Shown here in pieces: positions 12,786 through 26,417 of a DNA stretch of 64,000 bases. The translations under genes were made by a program, and so were the position numbers. The stretch's first letter is position 1; each line of letters starts with the position of its first letter. The DNA is taken from the NCBI GenBank assembly GCA_013265495.1, contig MU058463.1:1511523-1575522 (forward strand), read 5' to 3'. The stretch comes from Vicugna vicugna. Lineage: Eukaryota. The notes under the pieces are model-generated. The model was not told the DNA's origin. It made no database searches and saw nothing but the letters and a program-made list of their open reading frames with translations.

Positions 12786-15544
12786 AAGTGTTGCAGTTGA
12801 GGATCTACCATGCTAAGACAAATCTAATACTTTTGAAAAAACTGGCTACTCACTTAAATAATTTTTTTTCTGAGTCTTTCATTCTCCTCTGACTTGTAAT
12901 TTTTGGGGAAGTATCCCTTGTGTCCTTCTGGTTTGTTTTCTTTAAATCTTTTGAATCACATTGTTTTACTTGGTGCAGAACGCTGTGCATGTTCCTAGAA
13001 ATAACTGATGTATGTCTCACAAAACATGATATTTTCCTTCATGCAGCATCATGCTTGCACCAGGTCCCAGGGTGGCCACCTTGCATATTTAAATGTAAAT
13101 TATATATGATTGTATGAGAATGGAACTCCAGGCACTGTTTTAATAGCTCACATTAATAATGCACTGATTGTTTAGGGATTAAAGTAAACATTAGCATAGG
13201 CAGAATATCATGAATGGGGGTCATTAACTGGCCTGCCATCCAGGCAAAGCATATCAACATATTGAGGATAAATTCAGATAGTCGGTACGTTTACAGCCAG
13301 ATCTCCCAGACACAGATGGAGAAATTAATCAATCCACAGTGGATAGTGGCCTCCTATTATGTCTTTCCTTCTCTAATTCATATCCTACAATGTGTAAGTG
13401 AAGTAACTTCCCTTCTGCTTCAGTTGAGTCAAAGTTCTATAGCATTTTGATTTTTTTTTTAAAGTTGACAAAATCACTCCTGCCATTCTCCTGCTCAATG
13501 TTATTGCCTCTTCTTTCCTTGAACGTACAATTTCTTGGAAGAGCCTGAAGCTATTTGAGCTGCAAGTGAGATCTCCTCTTGAATAAACCAAAAAGTCATG
13601 TTACTTCCTCAAATTTCTTTTGGTCCTTTTCCTGAGCATCACTAAAATCTCTGCTCACTAGCCTCCTTGACTTATTGTGTATCTGCTTGTTCAATTTGGT
13701 GGTCAGCATATTTCCCACTGGGTAATTGTAAAACCAAAAGGTTATATGGAAGCTGAGATTTCATTATTTTGATAATAACATCTTCTTGAGAGAGTAGGAA
13801 GAAAGCACAGAGAGACATCGAAGGAATGATAAATATATGTATCTTTATACACTGTGTGATGGGAATTAAATCCCAAATGCAATTTGTTATATGTTAATGA
13901 TAAATTACATGAAGATGGAGATAAAAATAAAGTTATCTTAAATACATTGCCAAGTAAAAAGAAATATGCTTTTATTATAAAATCTAATAAAATAGATTTG
14001 TTTAATCCAAGTTTGCAGCTTTCATAAACACCCACAAACTGTTGACATTAATGGTGAAACAGCTCTGGTTTTTCTCCTAAGAAAGTGAGGTTACTAACTG
14101 ATTAGCTTTTACATTGTGTTTGTGCTTTCCTTCCTTACAAATTTTTTGAATTGTTTCTAAAAGGTTCCTAGTTTCCAGATCAAGGTATTGTGATTTCTTC
14201 GTGTGTCAAAATTTCCACTTTCTTCTCATGTTTCAATGATCTAGTCAAGGGGTATGTGGCTTCTTTAACAAAATAACAGAATGCTTTTTGGCTGTTAAAG
14301 CTAACTGGATAAATAGAAAACACTAGCACAAAATTATGAGAAATATGAATCTCAAATTACTTAAACTTCAGTAGTGATGGTACCACAAAAAAAAAAGTAT
14401 CATGACAGAATATAGGGTTTGGAGATAATAATTCAATTTTTCTCTGTTCCATAGAGATCTTCACACCTTGATCCTAGTTATGAACTAATTGCATGTGCTC
14501 CATGCTATACAATGATGATTTAAAGATTGGTCAAACTTTTGTAGGCTTCATGAGAATCTTTATCTAAAAACTTATTGCTAGTGTTTCATATAATTTGAAC
14601 TTTGGAAAATAGACAATGGTTTTAACCAAAAGAGCTTCCCCAGACTAAGAAGGTTAAACATTTTTTAAAGACCTATCTCTTCCGTTCTATAAACTAAAGA
14701 TACATATGTAAATGCTAAGAACAGAATGTCTGGTTGCTGGTTTTCTTTTACACGCACAGTATATATAGAAAACATCTGAAAGTTTGAAACATCAGTTATA
14801 CAAATGACCAGTCACTCCGTTCATAAATCGGATTAAACCAATTTTGGATGTGTACTTTAGGCCATGAGGGTAGTTACAGAGAATTAAATGAAAACCACTG
14901 GGTTTCATGTAAATGCAACATAACGAACATCTGCACTTAGGTGCTTTGTGAGACAGTTACTGCACCACCATGCCCAGACGGTTGGCATCTCTGACCATGT
15001 TACCTACAAGCAGTTCCTGATCACTGGGCCTGCTTTGTACCACCACAAATAGTATATATGCCCCTTGAGCCTCACTCTCTGAAATGTGCCCCCATACACC
15101 ACATCCCCCACCTCACCTATTTCCATTGCAACATCTAGCATGTTTCCCTGAAGGCAGTAGGAAACTTGGCCATGACTGGTTGCTTAAACTAGTATGTGGT
15201 GGCAGCAAAAGTCATTAGCTGGTGCAAATTTGGCTGGGGGTCAGCGGTGTTGGCCATAATCCACATCTTGGTTATGACTTGGATTCTGTAAGAATAAGAG
15301 GAGCCCCAAATCTTCAACTGGAGTGGCTAGTCCCATAACCAAAAGGCAGGTAGAAGTATTGATACAAAGTACCCTTCCCAGTACCTATTCAGAAAGCCCA
15401 ACATTGGACAGTCCAAGGCTTCAGGCAGTAGGTCAAGTTTAATAAGGAGCCCACTTCCAATTTGCAGTGCCCTATTTATGCAGTAAAATAGTGCCATGGA
15501 AAAAACTCTAGGCAGCATGTCAGAAGACTTAAGACCAATCCCGG

Positions 15545-15760
15545 GCATTTCAAACCCACAAGTATTGAGTACTGACTATACATGTGTTCAGGAGAGCAGG
15601 CTATAATAAGACATAACCTTTGACCTAATGGAGCTGACACCCTGTCACTTGGAACGTTGCTTCCTTAACCTCTCAGTGCCGCAGTTTCCAGCTTGAAAGT
15701 GGAAATAATTATATCTATTCCAACTTACTTCATGCATGCATTGTAATGCTCATCAGACTT
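15545..15760. mobile_element. L2 3' end (minus) adjoining a MIR core (plus)
   Basis: aagtattgagtactgactat...; cttccttaacctctcagtgccgcagtttcc...aaagtggaaataat. Confidence 0.6.
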
Positions 15761-16426
15761 ACAAAAGAGAATTTAAAAATTCTGATCCAGAGAGATCACA
15801 TACTACAACAATAAAACCCAAATTGATGTCAATATGAGGTTGAGGCTGCACATTCTTTTTTGTCCTCAAAGGTTGCTGGAGTGATGATAAATAAGATAAA
15901 TGGGTTACTGACTGAAGACGCATACTGCATTTTATTTTTCTGTGAATGATTACTTGACCATTTATGTTCGCTTATAGGAATTTCATTCTCATAAAAACAT
16001 ACTAGACGCCAACTATGTATAAGAATAGCAAGGAGAAGTGGGAGGATGATATGAAAGCTACAATGAAGAGTCTTTTACCGAGAAGTCAAGCTCGTCCTAG
16101 AACACATACAAGTAGTAGTCATGGTATATTATTTAGGAAATAAATGTCATAAAACAAAAATAAAATTTCAGGAAAATTAGGAATAGTGAGGGAGAAAATG
16201 AGACAAAAAGCAAAATAAAAAAAAATTATTAAGATGACACTTGTTTTTACTTCTCTTCTTCAATCCTTCTCCCCTAAACTTCTTTTCAGGAAAGAGCTAA
16301 ACTGGGCAAATTAAGCAGCTGCCTCCAGGGTGTGATTTAAGAAGACATTAAAAAGAAAAACTCTAAAAACCAAAAGTCTCCCTCTGCTGTTTGTCTACCA
16401 TAGCATCTTTATGTTGACATCAGGTA

Positions 16427-16461
16427 ACAATAATAATGATGATGATGATAATGATGATGAT
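16427..16461. repeat. (AAT/GAT)n trinucleotide repeat
   Basis: aataataatgatgatgatgataatgatgatga. Confidence 0.9.
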
Positions 16462-19400
16462 TTTGGGATTAAGGCACTTTTAGAGACATTATTAAAATAC
16501 TGACTGTACTCCATGAGGCATGGTATATTAAGCCATTATCAGACACTGGTGTAAGCCTGTATAAGATTGGGCAAGTAGCCTTTTAAAGTGGCTAAAGGGA
16601 AAAAATAAATAAAAAAATAAATAAAGTGGCTAAAAGGAAGTGGGTGACAAATTTTGATGGTATTAGGGGTCTTGGGGAGGTGGCACCTGAATAGGAAAAA
16701 TCTGGATGCAGTTACTCAGTAAGGGAATTAGACCATCAAGGAGCGCCGTAAGGGAACTGAGACTCTGGGCTGTAAAATGCCAGAATTAAAGAGGAATTAT
16801 GAGCAGGTGAACGAGAGCACTTGTTGATACATTACTAATTCACAAAATTTCTTACAGTTAACCCTCCCATAAATGTCTACTTTGAGGAAAATAGCTGCAG
16901 AAGCAGTCCATTTTGGAGAAGGTAAGTAGCCAGGAGACAAAACAGATAAGGGAAGCTGCTTCTGCGAGAATTGAGGGAGTAAAAAAAAAAATGAGAAAAT
17001 AGGGTGAGATTAAGGGGCTTAAAGGTGATAGGTTGTGTGTTAGACACAATAGAAAAAATTCAACGTTTCTAGACTGAAAAATAAGACTCCAGAATGACAA
17101 TCAGGAGAAGAAGGGGAGGGAGACCCTTGAATAGGACAAAGAAAATTCCTTGCTCTGAGATTTGAAGAAAATAATGTCAGATTGGTGAGGATACAGGTTA
17201 TGACGGAAAAGGAGGGCTGGGTGATGGGATTGCACACTCTCATAACTTTCATTTTTTATAGGAAGTAAAAGACAAAATCACTGATTAAAAGTGAAAAGCC
17301 TGGCAGTTACTGGTCTGAGGAAAGTGGTAGGAGTTTCAATATTGCTTTGGAAAAGCAATGTTGATTAGAATGGAGAGGAAAAGCATGGCCAAGGAGAATT
17401 GTGGCTTTAGTTAGGGTTGGAAACCACTGTCTAACTCTGGATCCTCTGAGGATCTTAAAACAGATCTTAAAAATACCCACCTTTCTGGAACTATTTATGG
17501 GGAAAGTTCATTTTAAAAAGTAGCCCTGGGGCCAAACTCAGGTATTCAGAATATTGGATAATCAGTTTGAACCTGGCAACCCATGGAGATGAGACAGAAG
17601 CCAGCAGATGTACGGGTAAGAATGAGGCTAGGTGCCAATACTGGAAGTGGGGCAAACACACATGGAATGAGGAGACGAAAGGTCAGAGCCTGAGCAGCAT
17701 GGAAGAGAGCAAAGCCTGTGGGCAGTGGCGGCTTGGTTCAGGAGAATGCATTTTGCAAACAGTTATTTGGCTGCTCTATTCATGTTTTCCTTGGTTAGGT
17801 GAGGTTCAGCTAGGTCCAGACAGTGCAACTACAAGGGTATACGTGGATCCAGGAGGCATGGTATTCTCTTGCAACCCCCCGCCCCAGCCCTGGAGTAAGA
17901 ACAAAGGAAATGGACGATCGGAATAATTCAAGGTTTCATATTAGCTGGACAAGAATGCTGGGAAATTAACCAACACAGTGATTCGGGCAAGATTTAAAAA
18001 AAAAATAGCATTGCCAAAAATCTGCTGCTAGACCAGAGGTAGGGGTCTGTATAGCTGTGGAACAGGTGAGTAGGAGAAATGGAGTGAAAAACTTGGTTAT
18101 TTAACTACTGAAAAGGCAATCCAAATTCAGTTCTCCAAATCCTCTGGAAATGGATCACATGTGACCCACAATGGAAGCATCTGCTATACATAAATAGTTA
18201 GAATAATGAAAAAGAGAACGAGAAAGCAGGACAAAATTTCCCCTATTTTCCAGTTCTTTGAAAAGGAAACGTATGTCAGGTGAAGAGAGAGATCAAATCA
18301 CGTATATTTTCAATGAGCACCAGGAAGACTGTGTCCAGGGAAGACAGTGATCGTGTTTCCCACATAAAATAGAGACATCTCAGTTTAGGTCCTTTCACAT
18401 GAAAAATTGTGCCTTGTCACTAGCCCTTGAGGTACTACACACCCGAGAGACAAACCAGAAATGAACTGTTATTTTCATAGTCTCTTACTGTTTACAACGC
18501 GCTTTGCCTTCTGCTATGTTCAGTGACTCTCAGGTTAACCCTGGGAGAGGGGAATACTGACGCCCCTTCCGGTTACACAGAAGCAAAAACTAGCACAAAG
18601 CAGATCCTTTAAACAGATGTTCTTCTGGCTGTCAAGCCCAGTCTTCTTCTATAATGCCACACAACGTAAGACAAGCGTTATGCCTTCATGTCCAGATGGG
18701 GAAGGACACTGAGACCCCCGTAAAGCAGAAATAACCAGCTGCAAAAAGTCAGACCCCACATGAATAAGTGGTGAGAATTATACCTTTGGTATCTGGGTGT
18801 CATGTATGAATAAATCTAGAGTATTTAATAAGTTATGAAACGACACTGCAGTTATGAGAAAGTGTTATCTCTTTTATCACTCAGTAATTCATGTAAGCAT
18901 AAATCCATAGACTTGGTGGAATGCATAATGATTGCCTGTGCCCACAGCTAAGGCTCAACTGCTGTTTATTGCGAGACAGAGATTCCTTGCTGCTTTTCTA
19001 TTACATCATTTAAAATATTGATCTGAAGTTATTACCCGCACGATCATGAATCAAGTCCTGTGTGTTTACATGCCGCAGCCGAAGACACTGATCCAACAGT
19101 ACATAATATGGAATTTAAGGTATTGCAGCTCCCCAAGGAAATCTGCTGAAACCAGTTGGACATACTTTGAATTATTTGTTTGGTTAATTATCAATGGCTC
19201 CAAAGTGGGCCACTGTAAAAGCTCTCTCAGTAAATTGCTTTCAAAGCCCCGGGCAGTTTGTAAGCATTACGGTTCTTATACACACCACACAAGGTTCTCT
19301 TTGTTTATTGCCCTGTGTGTTACATATATCCTTGCACTTTTCACTAATGGTTTGTAGGCAGCCCTGGCTCCTGATCAGGCTGCCCTGACAACTTAAATAG

Positions 19401-19837
19401 TCTTCCAATCCTCTCAGTTTGAATTGAAACAGAAGAGCCTTACTGTCATACTAAACACACCCATCAGGTCACTGTGGATGAAGTTAAACATGCAAGTCTC
19501 CACGTCCTTATTACCAACAGCTTTCTTAAAGCTTCCAGGTCTCAGGCTGGCAATTACCACATCACATGGCTGTTGCTTCCCTTATTATCTGATTATCTTC
19601 TCATAATGTCCTTGGCAGTTAAGATGATACCCAGTGTGCCTGGAGGAAAGGGGACCTGGAAGAGACTTCCTAAGATGTTATCTGATGCGGGCACTGAAGC
19701 TATGGTGAGAATCCTGATGAGAATAAAATATTGACCAAGAGAGAGGAAGTCTTTGTTCCAGAGAGAAAATGGGATCATTTGAATTTTTATTTCATTTTTG
19801 TTTTTAACTTACTCAAGGTGATGCACTCCCACGCCAG

Positions 19838-20465
19838 GGGTGTCAGCTCATCGTTGGAGCTCGGATTCTCAGAATTCCTCTCCTGCATAGTTCCCATGGG
19901 CCACAAGAGATATCTGGGGAGACATCTAAAAGGTGGCAACTACGTGCTTTCACACTGGGAAGTTCCATGCCAGTCACCATGTGTCATGTGACTTCTGATC
20001 TGCCGGCTCCGCTTGTCTAAGTGGATCTCAGCCAGCTCTAAGTAACTCCAGCAGATTCCCCGAATCCTGGGCTAGTATGTGCAGCTCCCATGGCATCAGC
20101 ACAGGTCGCTCCCACTCTGCCTTTGCTTTCTCTGACCCTTGGAGCAGCTCCATGAGGTTGGCGCCCTGCTGAAGAACACCAGCCTCACATTCAAGTCCCC
20201 AGCGGCAATGATGAGGCTCAGTGGTGGGTTCTGGCTCCCCTTGTGGGTACAAACGTTTCCTGTCCATCACCAGCTTCTCCATCTTTCCTTCCCAAAGGCC
20301 TGCCCTATTGATTTCAGGTCCAGCATTCAATGTAGAAAAACAGGCTTATATCAACTGTTTATCCAGCGCCTACAAATGTGTAAAGACAAATCCCTATGAT
20401 TAATCCCCTAGTCTTTACCACTCCAGTGGCTCTGTTTTTCTAATCCAAACTTGGCTAAAAGATAT
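19838..20465 (+). mobile_element. Ancient ERVL-class LTR (LTR33/LTR41-like)
   Basis: GC-richer block ending aatcccctagtctttaccactccagtggctctgtttttctaatccaaac, similar to ERVL LTR 3' ends. The family is uncertain. Confidence 0.55.
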
Positions 20466-22204
20466 GCATATTTGTTATACTCAAGGGGATAATATCTAGC
20501 AAAATTACATTTGGAGGGGTAAAGGAGAAAATTCCACATTCATTGTTCCAGGTTGATATTTTGAAGTTTCTACCCTTTCAAATAATTTCATTTTAAAAGT
20601 TTTCTATAGGTAAGATGTAATAATGCAAAATTACTGGTAACAGTATTACCTCCAATAGACCGTTCTGAATGCCACATTCATACAAATGAGTTCAGTCAGA
20701 AAAGAACAATGTTCTTAATGAGGACATGGGTGAGTTTTGTAATCCAAATTATTGAAACAATTTCTTAATTTTGACATCATGAAGAAATAATTCTTCTCAC
20801 CTTTGGCAAAAGAAGAGAATTCATGCAATTCATTTCAAAGCATGGAAACTATCCTGAAGTGAAGACACTTACTGCAGGTAAGTGAAACCAGAAACTGAGC
20901 TAATAAAATTATTTATGAATATGAATGTTCTCTCCTAATATATTTCTCCACACAAGCTATTAATCTACTTTATATCACATATCTAGTTCCCGTCTACTTT
21001 TCCCTCCTCGACAGAGGAAGGAATGTGCTGGTATAAATTCACAGAGGGGCATGTTCATAATTGCTACAACCCTTACATGTTTAAAAGGCAGGGCTGAAAG
21101 TTTGATATGTGTTCTGAATTTCTGTAGTTTTGTGTCTGTCTCTATATTACTTACACATGTTGAAGTGATGGGACATTTAGTATCTGAGTCATTCAGTGCC
21201 ACTTAGCAACACTTAGCAAGTCAAGTGAGCCTGAGGCATGGTTGTGGATGCTGCAGAAGATACAAGGGTGACAAACACCCAGCCCCTGCCTGCAGTTCAG
21301 TAACAATGTGTAAGAAAGATGTGGCCGGTGTCAGGGCTTCAGAGGAGGCAATTCACTCTAAAGAAGAAAATGGGAAGTGGAAGTTAGTAAAATAACTAAA
21401 CGAGTAGAAGAGAAACGGATGTTAAAGCAAAGAATCCACAGATGGAGAAAGGCTGCTATAGTGAGAAACCACTACCTATGTGTGCATTTCTATGTAAACC
21501 CCCCAACTGAAGCCCATATGAAGACTTCAGTAATGTCTATATTTGAAGCAAATATCGTGTGCCAGTGAATTCTACCAGAGAAAATTTAGAAGGGTATTTA
21601 TTTCCCATGGGATTACAAAGTCTGTGCAGGTCTATTCCAAAGAGGCCTAATTTTTTTAAGGCAAAGAAGATTCTATGTAACACCTACATGAAAATGTTAG
21701 ATTAATAAATAGACTGGTACAAGCACTCCAGTGACCACAACATAAGACAGAGTAGAAAATACAATAAACTTTGTAAAACTGAGATTATTTTGGTAGAGAG
21801 ATGAAGAAAAGCATTTCAAAGAGGTGGTTTACTCATGTATTGAATGGTGAATGAAATTTCAAACTATAAAAACAGTATCATTTTATGTAATATAAGGATA
21901 AAGTCACTGAAGTAGGAAAACTCCAAGTCTGCTGATGAAGTGAATGAAACCGTATAAAGTATAATATATACATACAGGGAATAATAAAACATAAAGCTGG
22001 GGAAGTAGGTTGTAGCATATTATGGATTAGAGACTAAAAAACCCTGAATGCCAAAGTAAATGGTTTTTTTTTCTTTATTTTATTGAATTAAGGATCTTAA
22101 GAATGCACCTTCATAAGATCACATTATGGAGAGAACCATTGATTCAGGAGTTTTTTTGGCCAAGTTGTGTGGGTTGAACGAGAGAGTACAAAGGCAAGAT
22201 TTGT

Positions 22205-22885
22205 ACAGCCATCACTAAAAAGTCTATGAATAACAAATGCTGGAGAGGATGTGGAGAAAAAGGAACCCTCCTACACTTGGTGGAATGTAAATTGGTGCAG
22301 CCACTATCAAAAACTCTATGGAGGTTGCCACATAATCCAACAAACCCACTCCTGGGCATATATCTGGAGGAAACTCTAATTTGAAAAGATTCAGGCACCC
22401 CAGTGTTCACAGCAGCATTATTTACAATAGTCAAGATATGGAAGCCACCTAAGTGTCCACTGAAAGATAAACGGATGAAGAAGTAGTGCTAAATACTTAC
22501 AATGGAATACTACTCAGCCTTAAAGAATGAAATAATGTCATTTGAAGCAACATGGATGGACCTAGAGATTATCATACTAAGTGAAGAAAGTCAAAAGAAA
22601 AAGACAACTACTATATATCACTTGTATGTGGAATCTAAAAAATGGTATAAATGAACTTATTTTCAAAACAGAAGCAGACTCAGAGACATAGAAAACAAAT
22701 TTATGGTTACCACATGAGAAAGAGGATGAAGGAGGAATAAATTAGGAGTTCAGGATTAGCAGATACAAACCACTATATACAAAGTAGATAAACAAGATCC
22801 TACTCATAGCACAGGGAACTCTATTCAATACTCTATAATAAACCATAATGGAAAAGAATATGAAAAAGAATATTTAAAAAAAGAA
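22205..22885 (+). mobile_element. 5'-truncated L1 (ORF2 C-terminus and 3' UTR)
   Basis: aacaaatgctggagaggatgtggagaaa, aatggaatactactcagc, caacatggatggacctagag, then an A-rich end. Confidence 0.95.
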
Positions 22886-22934
22886 AGTAATGTTATTTTT
22901 TGAGAAGGATGGAAGTGTGTTGAGGTTACAATTT

Positions 22935-24440
22935 TTTTAAAAAACATTTTCCTTATTGAGTTATAGTCAGTTTACAATGTTGTGTCAATTTCCAGTGTGA
23001 GCACAATTTTTCGGTTATACATGAACATACATACATCCATTGTCACATTGTTTTTCGCTTTCAGCTACCACAAGATCTTGTATATATCACCCTGTGCTAT
23101 ATATACAGTATACACTTGTTTATCTATTCTACATATGCCTGCCAGTATCTACAAAGTTCGAACTCCCAGTCTGTCCCTTCCCATACCCCTCCCCCCTGGC
23201 AACCACAAGTTAGCATTCTGTCTATGAGTCTGTTTCTGTTTTGTATTTTTCTTTTTTTATTAGATTCCGCATATGAGTGATCTCATATGGTATTTTTCTT
23301 TCTCTTTCTGGCTTACTTCACTTAGAATGACATTCTCCAGGGACATCCATGTTGCTGCAAATGGTGTTATGTTGTAATTTTTATGGCTGAATAGTATTCC
23401 ATTCTATAAATACACCACAACATCTTTATCCAGTCATCTATCGATGGACACTTAGGCTGTTTCCACATCTTGGCTATTGTAAATATTGCTGCTATGAACA
23501 TTGGGGTGCAGGTGTCATCCTGAAGTAGGGTTCCTTCTGGATATATGCCCAGGAATGGGATTCCTGGGTCATATGGTAAGTCTATTCCTAGTCTTTTGAG
23601 GAATCTCCATACTGGTTTCCACAGTGGCTGCACCAACCTGCATTCCCACCAGCAGTGTAGGAGGGTTCCCTTTTCTCCACAGCTTCTCCAGCATTTGTCA
23701 TTTGTGGACTTTTGAATGATGGCCATTCTGGCTGGTGTGAGGTGATACCTCACTGAAGTTTTTTTTTTTTTTAACATTTTTTATTGATTTATAATCATTT
23801 TACAATGTTGTGTCAAATTCCAATATTGTTAAAATGGTCACACTGCCCAAGGCAATCTACAGATTTAATGCAATCCCTATCCAATTACCCAGGACATATT
23901 TCACAGAACTAGAACAAATCATAATAAAATTTATATGGAACCATCAAAGACCTAGAATTGCCAAAGCATTACTGAAGAGAAAGAAAGAGGCTGGAGGAAT
24001 AACCTCACTGTAGTTTTGATTTGCATTTTCTGGTAATTAGTGATATGGAACATTTTTTCATGTGCCTATTGATCATTCATATGACTTCATTGGAGAATTG
24101 CTTGTTTAGGTCTTCTGCCCATTTTTGGATTGAGTTGTTTGTTTTTTTCTTATTAAGTCATATGAGCTGCTTGTATATTCTGGAGATTAAGTCTTTGTCA
24201 GTTTCACCTTTTGCAAAAATTTTCTCCCATTCCGTAAGTTGTCATTTTGTTTTGTTTATGGTTTCCTTTGCTGTGCAGAAGCTTGTAAGTTGAATTAGGT
24301 CCCATTTGTTTATTCTTGATTTTATTTCTATTGCTATGGTAGACTGCCCTCGGAGAACATTTTTGAGATGTATGTGAGATAATGTTTTGCCTATGTTTTC
24401 TTCTAGGAGGTTTACTGTATCTTGTCTTATGTCTAAGTCT
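22935..24440 (-). mobile_element. Young 5'-truncated L1 (camelid type) with 15-bp TSD
   Basis: ORF 23367-23777 gives the ORF2 C-terminal CCHC region ([19 protein letters not shown]). TSD ttgaggttacaattt at 22920-22934 and 24441-24455. Confidence 0.97.
23759..24001. mobile_element. Nested L1 insertion with 5' inversion
   Basis: Poly(T) and the L1 3' terminus on minus (to ~23822) are joined to plus-strand ORF2 ([23 protein letters not shown]). TSD acctcactg(a/t)agtttt at 23747 and 24002. Confidence 0.93.
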
Positions 24441-24744
24441 TTGAGGTTACAATTTAAGGAAAGCAAAAAAGGCTTATTAATCAATTATCTATAGTAGTAT
24501 TTGCCCACTTCCCTCATGGTTCCAATAACTGCCCTGTCCACTCTGCTTTATCTATATTGTTCACACTACAACTGACAACTATATCTTGTCTTATGTCTAA
24601 GTCTTTGAGGTTACAATTTAAGGAAAGCAAAAAAAGGCTTAATCAATTATCTATAGTAGTATTTGCCCACTCCCCTCATGGTTCCAGTAACTGCCCTGTC
24701 CACTCTGCTTTATCTATATTGTTCACACTACAACTGACAAACTA
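24418..24744. repeat. Tandem duplication, ~164 bp x2, spanning an L1 5' junction
   Basis: tatcttgtcttatgtctaagtctttgagg...caactgacaa starts at 24418 and again at 24582. Confidence 0.97.
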
Positions 24745-24749
24745 TTCTG

Positions 24750-25200
24750 TCATAGATACACCTTCTTGGCCACAGCTGATTAGCCCAGAATTGGGCACCA
24801 GACTCAAGTGTAGCCATTCAGAGCATTCACCTAGAATTTCCAGAACTTCAGTGTAAAAGCCACTGTCTTTCTAGTAATCTGGGTTTTACAATGGGAACCT
24901 AAATGCTATTGTTCTCTCATGGTGTTTCCCGTGTTTCCTACTATAGGGAACACAGAATAGACGTGCTCTGCGCAGAAAAAAATAAAGTAATAAAATAGAT
25001 TCACAAAGAAGATAATAAACACAAGATGGAGAAAGATGGAATTTAATCTCCTGATTCCAGTTGCTACTGAGAACCAGTCCTAGTCTCATGCTTCAATTCT
25101 GTAAGATGTGCTAATGTAAGACATCCCAGAAAGATTGTAATAACTTCCCCTGACTGCTGAAGCTAGTTCAAGTTAGTTTTCTGATACTTTCAATAAGAAA
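24750..25200 (+). mobile_element. MaLR (MLT1-type) LTR
   Basis: cttggccacagctgattagccc...gaagctagttcaagttagttttctgatactttcaa. Confidence 0.65.
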
Positions 25201-26001
25201 GAAGGCTGTAGTGAACAAAAATCATTTTTTCTCTGTAGAGAATTGGCAACAGAGCTAACTAGGGAGAATCTAAGCATTGCCAGACACCATTATGGGGTCC
25301 AAATGAAGTTGGAAACAATAAATGGTAAAAGTATTCATCTGCTTAGTGTGTGAGTTTCTGCAGAAATGTTCTGTAGCTCAGGGATAGATGAAGAGAAACA
25401 GGCTAGTGAATTGATCAAAAATTGTGGTTTTAATTGTAAAGAAACTCAATGGAAGGACAATAGGACATGAGGGTTAGTGATATTGACAAATGTGTGATTG
25501 AAGCTCAGGGTGAAATGTCTCTGGAAGGGAATGATGTAATCCATTAGTGACATCTGCCCTGACCAGAGAAATAGGAGGCACAAGTAGGATTTCTCATATG
25601 TTCCCTTTCTTTCCCCTCTTCAGGATCTAAATGTATATTCTATCATTCTTTTAGCAAAACCAAATTAATGTAACTATCCAAATCAAGATTATGGTAAAGG
25701 ACCATACAAAATCACTCAGCAAAACTGAAACTTTTTTTTTTAACAGAAAACCAGATGTCCAGGAGACCAAACCATGTGGCTTATCTTAGGGATAAGACAC
25801 TAGAAGAAATAGGCACACAGAAGAAATGAAAATTCTGGTCTTGACGTTATAGGAATAGAAAATTAGGCTAAAAAGAGAATTCATATCATGAGAGTATACA
25901 TATCATTGTAAAATAAAATGCTGAATGTAAATGCAAAATTTTTATAGTTTTCATTTCTATGCTTCCTGTTCTATAAGATTTTGAAGTAGGAAACAATCAC
26001 T

Positions 26002-26417
26002 CTGTTGCCCCATCACATCCTCTCACACTCATCATGCTAAACCTGTTGTTTGTATTTCCAGCTGTCTACACCTGTGTTTCATTGCCTGTGAGTTTTATCT
26101 GGCCAAAACCACTGTGGCCAAGAATTAATACCCACTACAAGCAGTCCTCAACCAATAACAGAAGGGAGTTTGGTGTATAAATATTCCAGCCTGCTCTCCC
26201 CACCTGGTGCTAATTCTGAAATGTACCCAGATTTTCTCAATGAGGGCAAAATCTGGTTATGCCCAGGAATGATCTGCTTGCTAATGCATTTTTTTATGGG
26301 CTGTCTTCACTTCCCTATTTTATTTTTCTGCTCTTTACTGACATTTCCTGAAATTATCTCTCAAATAACTTGAATATCTGTTTCAGGATTTGCTTCTGGG
26401 GATATGCAAACTACCAA
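26002..26417 (+). mobile_element. LTR16-type ERVL LTR
   Basis: gaattaatacc...gtcctcaaccaataacagaagggagtttggtgtataaatattccagc...tcaggatttgcttctgggga. Confidence 0.8.
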
